NCBI RefSeq assembly: GCF_964355755.1
Contig: NC_092670.1
Location: forward strand, 20,322,795 to 20,386,794
Reading direction: 5' to 3'
From: Antedon mediterranea
Taxonomy: Eukaryota; Animalia; Echinodermata
Length of the DNA: 64,000 nt
Within the stretch, counting starts at the first letter, position 1. Each line of letters starts with the position of its first letter. Shown here in pieces: positions 1-12,800 of the stretch. A program made the position numbers and the translations under genes. Below the pieces are notes generated by a model. The model was not told the DNA's origin, made no database searches, and was given only the letters and a program-made list of their open reading frames with translations.

Positions 1-468
1 ACTTCCATTTGTTTTTTGTGTTAGGATATGTTTTAAATACAAAGTGACAAGAATATAAGAACGTTTATTTGATTAGTTTAACTAGGTGTTAATAAATAGG
101 AATTAAGTGTAGTGTAAGTAAGTACATTGCTCATCATAATATGATCATGAAATAACAATGACGTTGTACTTAACAATTTAAATTTAGATATTTGAAAAGT
201 AAATATTGTATAAAGAGGACCGTAATTTTTTGTTGTTGCTTTTAACAAATGGGTATGAATATGATAATAAATTGAAAGAAATTTGAGATAATGATAATAA
301 TAATAATAGCTCATTCTTCTATAGCGCATATAAGCAAGCTCTCATTTTTTGGGATCAAACACGTATGAAAACATACTCCCATAATTCAGCTAGTAATCAG
401 CGCAAATTACTGTAATCTTGGCAGCAGAAACAGAATCAAGGTTTATTTATTCTATTAAACTCACATCT

Positions 469-900
469 AATAATAATAATAATAATAATAATAACTTTAT
501 TGTTTCTCTTTTATAACAGAGGCACAATTCTCAAGAGATGTGCAACAACAAAAAAAATAAATATGGACTTATCTTACTACACAATCAAATACAAACATTA
601 TCAATTATTACATTAAAAAGTATATACACATTAGGTTATAAAAATACATTCAATACATTTGAGCGAAAAGTAAAAGATTGTGATATGGACGGATATTATA
701 AATTTCGTTGCGTTCTTTCCATGCAGTTGTTAAAAATAATTTACAATATTTGTCAAAGATGTTACTTGCTAATACATAGTTAATATTGTTTATACATTGG
801 ATTTGATATTCTTCATGAATTTCTAGGTCGTCAAAAAAAAGGTGATATTTAAGTTCAGGTGAGCTTGACATGAATAAGTCCCATATTTTATGCAAATCAT
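469..900 (-). mobile_element. 5'-truncated LINE 3' end (ORF tail, AATAAA, (TTA)n tail)
   Basis: The minus-strand ORF 650-895 (..FLTTAWKERN..) resembles a non-LTR ORF2 C-terminus. On the minus strand it is followed by AATAAA (496-501) directly abutting a (TTA)n tail (469-494). The clade cannot be determined. Confidence 0.45.
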
Positions 901-1367
901 TGTTGCATAGATCTTCTTTAGTAATTTACTCTCTGTACATTAGTGTCCAGGATGAGAAAGTTAACCTATATACAGCTCAAAAACTGTTTTGAGGAAAATC
1001 CTGGTACTATGCCAGCGCTACTGGCGCTTGAACTTACTCAACCTAGTGATTGAAATACAAGCACTGGTTAACCGCCAAACCACACTGTCAAATGACAAAT
1101 TTTAAAAAATGAAACTACTGTTGTCATATGTTTTCATCACCTAAGTCATGACGATGATGTTTAAAATATTCCTGATGGTACTACCATAATCACCGATCCT
1201 GGATTGTATTCTAAGCATATCTCCTAGTTCCCAGGGGAATGTCCCAGGCATTCCGCATTCACTATCTATACTCTTCCAAGTATGATTTGTTTCCTGGCTT
1301 GAGAGAAGCATTGCAGATATTGGCCAAGGGCATTCATACATACAATCTAAATACAATTACAGTTGTG

Positions 1368-1635
1368 GTAGTAATTCTACTGCAGGTAATGCAGTAATTC
1401 TACTGCATTTATTGCAGTAATTCTATTGCAGTTAATGCAGTAATTCTACTGCAATAGATGCAGTAAATTCTATTGCAGCGAATGTACTGCAGTGAATGCA
1501 ATATAATTCTACTGCAGTGAATGCAGTAATTGTACTGCAGGTAATGCAGTAATTCTATTGCAGGTAACAATGCCGTAATTCTACTGCAATTAATACAATA
1601 ATTTTACTGCAGTTATGCAGTAATTCTGCTGTACT
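1368..1635. repeat. Minisatellite, ~23-bp unit (tgcagtaattctactgcaggtaa), ~11 degenerate copies
   Basis: Seen directly. Each unit contains the inverted repeat TGCAGTA-attc-TACTGCA. Confidence 0.9.
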
Positions 1636-1750
1636 GAATGAATATGAATACAAAACATTTTGTGTATATTTTTTAATTTGAAAAAAAATGTATTTTTGTT
1701 GTATTATTTAAATAAATTATATTATAATAGTAATTTTGTTATTTTTTCAG

Positions 1751-3973
1751 AGGTGCTACTTGATACTCAATTAACACAAGTTATGTTATTTAACTCTCAC
1801 CTACAATCATTATGGAATATTCCACGTGATCAGCTCACAAAACAGGTAACTTAAACTATGTACAAAATGTTTTATTTTCATAAACAAACATTCCAGGTTT
1901 CTAGAGGATAATCGGCCAGTGAATCTTTTGTGAAGAGGCGTTGTTCACAGCAAAATCCTACACCCTTGGTAAAGAATCCCAACCAAACTTTGCAATCAAT
2001 CAATACCGCCCTCTTGTGTCCACTCTGTTTCTGACCTATTCACTGCTTTTCATTGGCTAATCTCTAATAGCATAATCTAGTTTCTTACATTGATAGAATC
2101 TTATTTTAGCTCAAAATCAAATATTTTTCCATTGGGTATTTGTTGAAGACTATTGTCAGAAGAAAGCTATTGTTCAAGTCTGTTTATCCAACCTCTGATC
2201 TCTACCGGCCAATCTTATCGTGTGATCTTCCTCCAGGGCACTTTATTCACTCATTGTAATTTTCTCGGTTGTTGTACCACGAATCAATTATATAAATGAA
2301 CTCTACTTTAATCCTATTCAGAACATTTAGTGATATTTGTTCTGTTCTTTTTTTTCATTCAGCTTGTTTGCTGTCCCCAAAGTGACAAATTTTAATGGTT
2401 AATGAGAAGAATTTCTTTGTCCAGTTGAACTTTTAATTGTAACAGTGACTTTAATTTTGTACAACCAAAGTATAGATTGGTTTTGTGTCTATCTAGTTCT
2501 GTTTCTCTATCAATGTAACATCTTTCTCTCTTTTACTAATTACCACTCAGTGGCCACCAGGATTTTGAAATAAAGGGGAGAGGAGTGGACTTAAAATTAA
2601 AAAAAATTAAAATTAAATGTTGAACTTAATTTTCCAAATTTGGTTCTACATTTTAAACTATAGCATTGAACTGAGATCTGGAAATCTCATTTCATTATCT
2701 ACAGATGCAACACATGCATAAATACTATTTTATCTAATTTTGTTTATATAAAAAAATGTCAAATCATTCGGTACAGAAGGTCCTATCTAACCGTATAACA
2801 TTTGAAAGGAATCTAGCTATAAAAAGATTAACTATTTGGTGTACCTTGGATTTTACCAAGAGATTTCTTAGAGTGGCAGCTATTCTTTGAAAAAAAATGG
2901 TGGAAGAAATTACTGGTTGATGCACCACCTCGCCTGATAGGTCACAGGATCGCAGCAGATCTGTTATTTAGGATTTACTTTAATAATAAAATGTTACAAC
3001 TTATTTTTTGCAGGTTACGTTAAGTTATGGTGACCGCGTGAAACATAAAAACATTATCAAGATTTTAGATGGTCATTTTAGTAATGAAGAAGACCCCACC
3101 AGGTAAGCTAGAAATCCGGCTACTACATAATGGTCTTTAACAAAATGGTCGCCATTGTTTGGAAATTGGTAACCTTTTCTTCTCATAAAAAGTTGCTTTA
3201 AAGTAAAAATGCGAACAATTTTATTTTATTTTTCAAATGTCATATTGTTCAGAAAGTTTCTTTGTATTTTGCATTTCTGTGAAATCCAAATTTTGAATTC
3301 CAAACTTGTTTTATTGTCTGATGTGTGAGAGTTTGACAGATAGGCCTAACAGCAACCGTTGTGTTTGTTTATTTTGAGTCATATTTAATTTCCTCATTCT
3401 GTGGATAGTTACAGTATAAAAGAAAATACAATGTGTACCAAGCAGTGATTGGCTTCATTGAAAGTACTGTATTCCTTAGAATAGTAGTGTTTCCTTAATC
3501 AATAGAATACATAGCACTCTGATTATATCGTATGTTTGATTTGTTTTTTCCAAAGTTAAAGGTTTATTGTCGCCATGAACAATTTTTTTTTACATTTTTG
3601 TTGTATATGCCATTTTAATGTCACAGAATACTTATTCACTTTGACTTGCTTGAAAAAACTTTGACTTAAAGGAAAATTTGTCTGTCAGACAATTGTTTTT
3701 TTGGTAAAATGTTACCCTTTTTGTTTTGTCTTTTTATAAGTGAAATTATTTTTTCTACAGCAATGAATAACTTGATTAAAATTTCAAAATGGCATATTCA
3801 AGGGCTGATTTACTAATATTAATTTATGTTGGTAGAAAGTTTACAAACTGTAGTCTTCTTGTGGTATACTATGATATTTCTAACTACTTTTACATTTTTG
3901 TTACTACAGGCTTCTCTCACTTCATTGTATGATATTCCCAGATGAAGATATTTGCAAACGAAAGCGACTATAA
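1751..3973 (+). CDS. fng: Fringe-family glycosyltransferase paralog 1, 3' part only; exons 1751-1845, 3014-3102, 3910-3973
   Basis: Spliced translation: EVLLDTQLTQVMLFNSHLQSLWNIPRDQLTKQ/VTLSYGDRVKHKNIIKILDGHFSNEEDPTR/LLSLHCMIFPDEDICKRKRL*. This matches the Fringe C-terminus (xSHL, QVTLSYG, EDPxRFxSxHC..P). GT-AG sites and intron phases are identical to the downstream paralog. I found no upstream exons in 1-1750, so they probably lie before the window. Confidence 0.9.
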
Positions 3974-6765
3974 ATGCTTATTAAAGAATATCTATCTATG
4001 CAGTTACAGTTAGTTTATGGAGGTGTTTGCAGACAAAACTGTAAAGCTTGGAAAGGATTTGATTCCTCCATTGATATGGATTGCAATCTGCTACTCTACA
4101 CCATATTGTCTTAACTAAAATTGTGTCTCAAAGGTTTAGTTTTCTGGACTCGACACATAGCTCATGCCAATATTTTAATACTATGCATGTACTGTAGCTG
4201 CGTGGCGTGTCATGAAAACGAAAATTCGCTATGCTGTACACGCAACCTGAACTGGAGTTGTATTGGAGAAGATGTAAAAGAATTTACAATGGAGTTGTTT
4301 CCAGCCACCGATACTTGTTGAATGAAAGAATCCCACATACGAGTCTGGTTTCCAATTTATTCCATAAGATAAAAATAATTTGTTTGTTAAATAAAGCAAA
4401 AATATGCTGCTTGAAAATGCTCAGAGAAATCTTCCAGATATGAAATTAGTTTCACATGTACCAGGAAAACTATACCGTATATGCCCAAGTATAATCCCAC
4501 CCAATAGTTTATAAACAACACTTTGGTACAACAATTGTTAATGCAATGTACAAGTCCCACCTAAATTTCACCAAATTCTGTACCCAGCGGCCCACTGGGA
4601 CTTTCTTTGTCAAATACGGTAGTGTCCTTCATGTACTTAGTCTTCCATTAAATGATAGTCAAACTCTCACAAAATATGACAAATCTAGTGAAAGAAAAAA
4701 TGTGAGAGTACAGTCTTTTTTTTGTAATGGTTTTCTCCATCCAGTAGCCTATACATTTTTAAGGATCTTGAAGTCCTCTTAATGACTGGCAACTGTCACC
4801 ATTGTTAAGCTACTTCACATGAATTGAGTTGCTCTTATCATGATACCAGAGTATCTATACAAGTTCCATGTAAATTCCCTATTTGTGATAATACCAGGTG
4901 CATTGCTAATGACACAGGTGCTGCCAGGTGTCTTAATTAAACTAATTAAGATAATAAAAGTTGTAAAGAAATGTTGTTTTGAGGACCTTTTTCTTTACCC
5001 ACCTTGAGATAGAAAACAACTCACTATAGGGAGACACAGAGATTTCATCATTATTTTTTTATTAACAAATATAGTGTAATGAACTTTGTTTACAATAGCC
5101 TTTAATCAAAACTGTAATAGGAAATATAACCTGTTTGTGTTACAAAATTCGAACAGCATAACAAAATACTGTATTAGTCATCTGAAATTAAATATGTAGA
5201 ATCTACAGCAATTGTTCATTTACAAATGCCATAATTGAAGAAACCTAAATTGCCTATCTATAGTTTAACTACCCCAAAGGCTATGATTGCAACTATTTAG
5301 TGTTTACCTGTTCAAAGTGACTCTAGTGAACCTGTTGTGAATTTGAACACTTCACAAGAACACTTCACATACAATTGATCTCCACACTTTTAGTTAAGCC
5401 TCAATAGCCAGAAGCACTCATTTATTGTTAAATAATTTGGTCAATGCCACGATTAAACCACTTAAGATTTGGACATTTATTGGGACACAAGCTACAACCT
5501 TGGATGTCTTTCTTTCCATATTTTCATTAGAAAATTCACATCGGTGACAAATGTAATTGTAGCAATAAGACCGGTCAGTGTTCAGTGACCTTCAAGCAAT
5601 TGATGAAAGATTAAAAAATAAATGTTTTTCATCAAAGTTTAAAAGTCACTTTTGGTAAATTCAATTGTCATACCAAAAAACTACAGTAAAAACCTTTGTA
5701 ATAAACAGGCGTAATATGTTTTAACACTATGGCCAACCCCTATTTCAGGGGACACTACCCTTATTAAGATGACATTTGTTTTGTTTTGGTTTTATGTAAA
5801 ATAATTAGTTAGAGTAGCTCCAATTGCATTAAAGTTTAATATGCATACTGTACATGTGGGATGATTAGTATCCCATAAACAGAAATATAATTTATATATA
5901 TATATATCAATAACTATTTCAAAATACTATGCAAATTTGTTAATAATTTAACATGGAAAAGACCACCACCTATGAACTATGGTGCAGTTATAATTGACCT
6001 TTATAAACTTATGGTGCATTTTAAATCATTTTTTAATTTTCTCTTTTTATTCAGTGTATCAAAACCATTTGCAATAATTGACACATCACATTATTATGCA
6101 AATTATTTCAATTAATACAATGCAACTACAGTAGATTATATTTTATATGTGGCATTGTGTAGTTTGGGCAAGCAAGGTACCATATGGGCTAGTACCTAGT
6201 ATACAAATAATAATTATTGTTTTAATAATAATAATATACCTTTTGTTATAATAGGCAAGATTATATCTCTTCATTATGTCTGTTTATAAAAAAGAATAAA
6301 ATACTTTAAATAGGTGCATTGTTTGCAATGTACATCGTTATGTGTAGCTATTATTATATGTTGTATATTTGATCTTGTTTGAAAGGTTTAAACAAAAAAC
6401 CTTTTTACTATGTCATACTGTATTATTGTAAGTGAATATAAATAAAGGTTTTTCATAAATAATGTATAATTATGTAAATTAAAATTAATTGAACTATAAC
6501 AAATATGTGGTGTATTTATTATTAAAAGTGTGTTTGTTGTTACAGATAAGGTATTAGTCATGTTGTTTGACAATGGGATATAAATATACCTTTAATTTTA
6601 TTTATATAGATAGTAATACAAATAGAATTCCCTTTCAACCATCAAGCATAAGCCACACCTCCTCAAAACTTTATTAGGCTATTAAAGGTCGTTTGAAAGT
6701 ATAACTAACAATAGATTACTGAAATACCACTACAAAGTGACTGGTGCCATTGGCTATTTTTGATC

Positions 6766-6775
6766 AGCCAATCAG
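6766..6775 (+). promoter_or_regulatory. CCAAT box (NF-Y-like AGCCAATCAG) about 115 bp upstream of the fringe paralog 2 ATG
   Basis: Consensus match and position only. Confidence 0.35.
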
Positions 6776-6886
6776 AGGCTGTTTTACTTTGAGAATGGTT
6801 ATAGACTATATGAGTCAACTGACAGCTGTAGGCTTAGTTCCAGGCGAGTAAGCGTGTTGGAAACATGTAATGTAAAAGTGAGAAGG

Positions 6887-9800
6887 ATGAGAATCACCTT
6901 GAAGAAAGTCCTTGCTTATGTCTTTTCTGTCTGTATCATAGATTCTATAATCGTGTGCGTATATGTTTCTTTACGTCATGACAAGCAAGAGTTTCTTCAA
7001 AAGGTGCATCAAGATTTCAACAAGGATAAAATTTATTTTGTCAATGAACCGCATTTTGAACGGTTAATAAAGGAGTATAGAAGTCAAGAGGAATATCCAA
7101 CTCGCATTTTATTTGAGAGAGATAAAGAATTTATAAGTAATAACGATGACATAATCCAACAAAATGTAGTATCGGTGGAAGACAATTCGCAAAAGAAAAT
7201 AAATTATAGTAAAACATTTACCACGGTGGTTGAAAAATCAGCCAACAGTCAACATGGTAGATCAGAGGCCAGTGGTGGTACCAATCGGCCAAAATTTATC
7301 CCTCCGGGTAAGACGATAGAAATAGGAAAAGTTGTATATCAAAATTCTCCACCCGCTATTAAGCCAAAGTTTATACAACAAGGTAAAGTATTTTGTTTTT
7401 ATTTATTATATCTGTAACTGTATTGTTTCTAACATTTAACTTGTTCCATATACTGAAGTTATTTACATGAGATGAAGTGAAATAACGCTGTTAACTACAT
7501 GTAGGTCCTTTTTTTTAAAGGTGCCAAGAAACTTTCAAATGCTCTTCCACAAACGCAACAAAATAAACCAATTTATATAAAGTATGTACAGCTACCAAAT
7601 AACAAGGTACAGCCAGTTCATCTGATTCAACAGGAAACCCCTCAAACAAAAGTGTCAAATTCTGGTGATCATGTTAATTTAGATGATATCTATCTGGCTG
7701 TAAAAACAACGCAGAAATTTCATCGGAGTCGACTCCAGGTGCTATTGGACACCTGGGTGTCTGTTGCTCCTCAACAGGTAAGCTTCATCTTTTAAATTAA
7801 ATGGAACAATTATTTTCAATCACAACGTTTACTGGAACCATACTAGAAAGGTAGCCCAATGTACATATTTCCGGTCGCTAATACAAGCAATTCTTCTGTT
7901 ACGCCTATTACTTGCTTCGGGCAAATTATGTACTTTTTAAACTTGCCGAATAAATATTGTTGTTATTACATTCAGGCTAGATTCTAACAAGTCTCTTTAT
8001 AACCTCAAAGAACTGTTGAACACTATTTGGTCTCAAAAGATCAATTTTCATTTTGCATGAACTCAAAAGTGAAGAGTGCCTTTAAAGATACACCAATGCT
8101 TATAGTCTTATATAATACTCCCATGAGGTGAACTTATACCCCAAGGGTGTACATATGCGACATCAGTTACCAACTATTGTACTCTATTCTTAGTCAGAAA
8201 ATGACAGAAAAAAGTTCATATACTGTCCTAGATATTAAATTTAAAAAACTTTTATTTAGAGAATTTACAAAGATCAGATAACATTCTGTAACTAACTTTA
8301 GTTGTATATTTATTTAATACTATTTACAAGTTTATTATCTATTGTGAAAGGGAACAATATTAGAATTTAATTTACTAACTTTACCTCTTCCGCACTTTTC
8401 AAAGAGTGCTGTTCTATTGTGTTGTAAATTTAATTAGGTTAGAAAACTATTTAAAGATAACAATACACAACTACCCTAACCTACATGTGTAAAAAGTCAT
8501 CATAGGGAGAGACTGTAGTAAAATGCCACCATGGGACTGAATTAAGCTTTTATGTCCCTTTCTGATACGAGCATTGAACCTTGAATTCTCCTCTTGTCTT
8601 CTCTCATGTTCCTTTGGTCAAGCCATCATAGAGATAGTTCACTATGCTCATGGTGAAATAATTTAACTAACTTGTTTCTCCATCCTATGCTCAAGAATAA
8701 TACTGTATATATGGACCAGTTTATGATTCTGTTTCCTGGTCTGTTCACACTGAATTATTTACCAGGTAAGTTGGCTTCCTGAACCAATTAAATAGCGATC
8801 AGGAATCAATTTATCAGGTAAATAACTATGTCTGAACACGGCTTATATGTCAAATTTCTTGCTGAGTCAAATTAAAGTAATCCAATCTATCTGATGTTAC
8901 GGATTATTAAAGCTTAACAATTCTAATTGATGTTTATTTTCGGTTTTTTTCAAAGCCTCCCATTTCACATTTCTTTCTGTGTAATATTACTACACAATTA
9001 GTTAAATGATGCGCAATAAATTTCTTTTGCAGATAAGAAAAAAAAATTCCACACATTGTGACAACAGTCATATTATTTGTTGATATAGATTATATCTGTA
9101 TTCAAAATTTTTCACTTTATATTTATGTTGGATCAATTTCCTCATATGAGTCTTAAAAATCGCTTGTTCTTTGTTGTATCAAATTTATGATAACCATCTA
9201 TTTGATTCAGTAACAATACAAAGTATCTAGTCATTGTTCCACAGAAAGTATAAATATATACTTCAAAGTTTTACCATCTACTGTTTGTTACTCTCCATAT
9301 TATGTGGAAAGTTGTGTAAATTCACAGCCAAGCACCTGGAAATTCAAGTTTTTATGAATAGATTCTTGCACCTTTTATACTTGTTCCTTTTCATTTGCAC
9401 ATCACAAGTTCATTTCAGTAACAGAAACAGTTAGGCGTTTCAAATATGATATATTTTTCAGTTTATGTTTGATCAATTTCCTCATAAGTCTTAAAAATCG
9501 CTTTTTCTTTGTTGTATCAAATTTAGATTACCAATTGACTTAATGAATTTTCAACAATAATAATACGTTTTCTTGATAACCATCTATTTTATTCAGTAAC
9601 AATACAAAGTATATAGTCATTAGAAAGTATAAATATATACTTCAAAGTGTTACCATCTACTGTTTGTTACTCTCCATATTATGTGGAAGTTATGTAAATT
9701 CACAGCCAAGCACCTGGAAATTCAGGTGTTTCTCAATTGACTCACTTGCACCTTTTAAGCCCTGTCTACACTATTATATCAAACAAGTTTGACAAAAAAA

Positions 9801-12800
9801 AGTGTGATTAGACAATTTGGTTTTTCTTTATATCAGGACCTCACAAGTTTATTACAGAATCAGTTAGGCGTTTCATAATGTGAAATATATTCCCATTGTA
9901 AACTGCATCAATAGGACCTATTGTTAAAAATTATACAATTTTGAAATAATTTTTAAAATGATATATTGTAACAGATGTCGCTAAACTGGCTCCTTGTCTC
10001 TGGGAGTGTACTCTTTTTTGAAAGGTTGAAAAACTGTCAATTGTCTGGTTTTCAAATACATACTAGTTATCTCCCAACCCCACCCTCAAATATTAGTCAT
10101 ATTATTAAACATAGTAATAAATTTTATTCATAATATTTTATGATGAGAACTGATGCAGCTGCCTCAATACACACATCTTTATGATTCATTGATATATTCT
10201 GTTTTGCAATCAATAATGGGGAGTCCCCATAACAGCAGTTTCTATAACACATGACTAATAATTGGTTGTCATAAACAGTAGGTCGTTTCTTTGTAATGTC
10301 TATTACCATGTGCTTTTGTACAAAGCCTATTGTTATCAACCTATTGTTTTAAAGCCACCTCCAGGTTTAAAATTTCTATTGTTTCATTCAAACTATGATC
10401 ATTGAAGAAAATGCCACTTTTTTCCAATAAACAGAGAAGCACAATGAGTGTGAAATATTACACATTGAAGCCTTTGACTCTTTTATCATAAGATAATTTC
10501 AAAACATGTTTTTGTTGAATCATGGAGCTATAAATTGATCAATGGTTGAGCCATTTTAAAGTGGATTTAAAAAAAAAATTTTTTCCTGATAAAACCATAA
10601 TATAAATGAAAGGCCCATTTCCTGAAAATCAACATTTTTCTTTAACTTTTTAATTATAAATTAATTGTCATTATTTTAAAGCAAAATCAATATTTCAAGT
10701 TTTTTTCCATTTAGCAATTAACATAGTAAAGATCTATGCACCGCTGAAAGGATGATGTTCCATTTTTCAAAATTGTCCTTTCTGTTTCCAAAAAATCTTA
10801 TCATTAATATGATTGCAATTTTTTATTATTAGACTAACCATAGTAGATTTATTTCCTTTAACATTTCAGAGTTGGCGTTACTGTAGGTTAGAGTTTCGTC
10901 ACTTTCTGTTCAAAACTGTTCTCATGGCAAAGTAGTTTACACAGATCTTTCATGCATGACATACATGTGTTGGATAATTTGTTTTGATTAGGTTGTCATA
11001 TTGATTTGGTGAACACAATGAATTCTGAACAATGAAATGCGAGAATCATTTGTTTGCTCACTTTTCATTAATGGCCCAAAATGAAGACAATAGTTGAATT
11101 CAATTAACAAAAAGAGAAATTCCAAAGTGTTTTTTTTTTAATAAATGTGTATAAAAAAAATGAAATATATTGTTTTAATGAGATCATGGAGGAATAAAAA
11201 ATCTCCATAATTACCTAAAGGAAAGAACTAGTCATATAACAACACGTAATAAATAAAAGTAATACTTTTTATGTATTTGTAAAATATAAATTTATAAAAA
11301 ATAGTAATATTAAATAAAATAAAAATATTTCTCATTTCAGGTTTACTTCTTTACTGATGCAGATGATGAAGAATTTCAAAAGAAAACCAGTAAGATTTCA
11401 AATTATTTTCTAGCAATTAATTTCAGTTAATTTTTTCCCTTTTCACATGCTTTCACAGTGCTTCCAGACGTCTGTTCTTTTGCTCTTTGTAAATTTAAAA
11501 CCATCGAAAATTCTCTTTTTTATTAGAAGTACTTAATATTTAATGGAAATATAAAGCATGTGATTGATGAATGAGGTACATTTTTTAATATTCTGTACCA
11601 AATCGCTTACTGTACCTAACTACGGTTACACTGGGTCATCAGGTCTCAAATTATAAAAACAGAGAAGACTTGTCATGAGGTAATGAATTCCAGTGGTCGT
11701 TATCCAAAGCCTTTGAAGATTGTACCTTCTTAACCAGTTATCTTTTATTATTAAATAGATCAGAGAGATCAGAGAATGGTTTTGAAGTAATGGTTTTGCA
11801 AAGAATAGCTTTTGTTGTCAGGTCTATTAACTAGGATAATACCCTGGTTTTATTAAAGTATTTTAATATACCACCAATCTCATTTTCTTCAAAAACAGTT
11901 TTAGCGAACAATAATCAGTCTGTTTAAATTTGAGAAATCATTTGTCTGAATTTTCTTTGTAAATAACATAAACACTGTAGCAATTTTATGGCAGACAGTA
12001 AAGGAAGTTAGTCGGTACTATAACACAGGTACAATTGTAGGCCTATGTAATTGGGCTGTTTGAAATAAGGTACATAAAAGAGCCTGTTCAATTTTGTTTT
12101 CAGTATGGAAACTTTTCAAGGTTTCATTTTATGTGTTGGTGTTTTTTACAGTATATGTTAATTTTTTTAATTTTATTTATTTTTTTGCAAAAGTGCTTCA
12201 ATTTTGTAAAACTACATAATGACATATTTAAAGTTTGGTTTTATCTATTTTATTTTGTTTAGGGGCAACAACATCTAATTTGCTTTTCAAACAATTTCAA
12301 CATAGTAGGGAATAGAAGTAAAAATTGGCAATGATTTATTTACAATTTCTGTATTTTTAGATGGTCATATGATAAATACTAAATGTCCCTCTCGACATGC
12401 AAGGTAAGTTTTTATTTTTCCTTTCACTCTGCATACTGACAGAAAAAGATTAGAAAAATATAATATGGAAAAATCAATTCCTAAAACATGGAGATATGGT
12501 TTGTTAGATTGAAGGAGAAACCAGAATTCTCGTAGGCACTTTATAACAACTTCATAAATCCTGAAAATCGTATGACACAACTGGGCTTCTTTTAGTCTAA
12601 GTCCAAAGACCCAGAACAAAAATGTTATGGTTTATAGGGGTAATCGTTTATGGCATGTTTTACAATACAGTATTGCTTTTTTTATAGGTCGGCTCTTTGT
12701 TGTAAGATGTCATCTATGTTTGATAACTTCTTAAAATCAAACAAAAGGTAAATCGAATATATAAATTAAAGGGATTGAGTCACACACTATTTGTACTCTG

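Noticed and set aside
7505-7520. Alternative acceptor for fringe 2 exon 2
   Set aside because: It adds 16 nt and breaks the frame; the acceptor at 7520/7521 fits.
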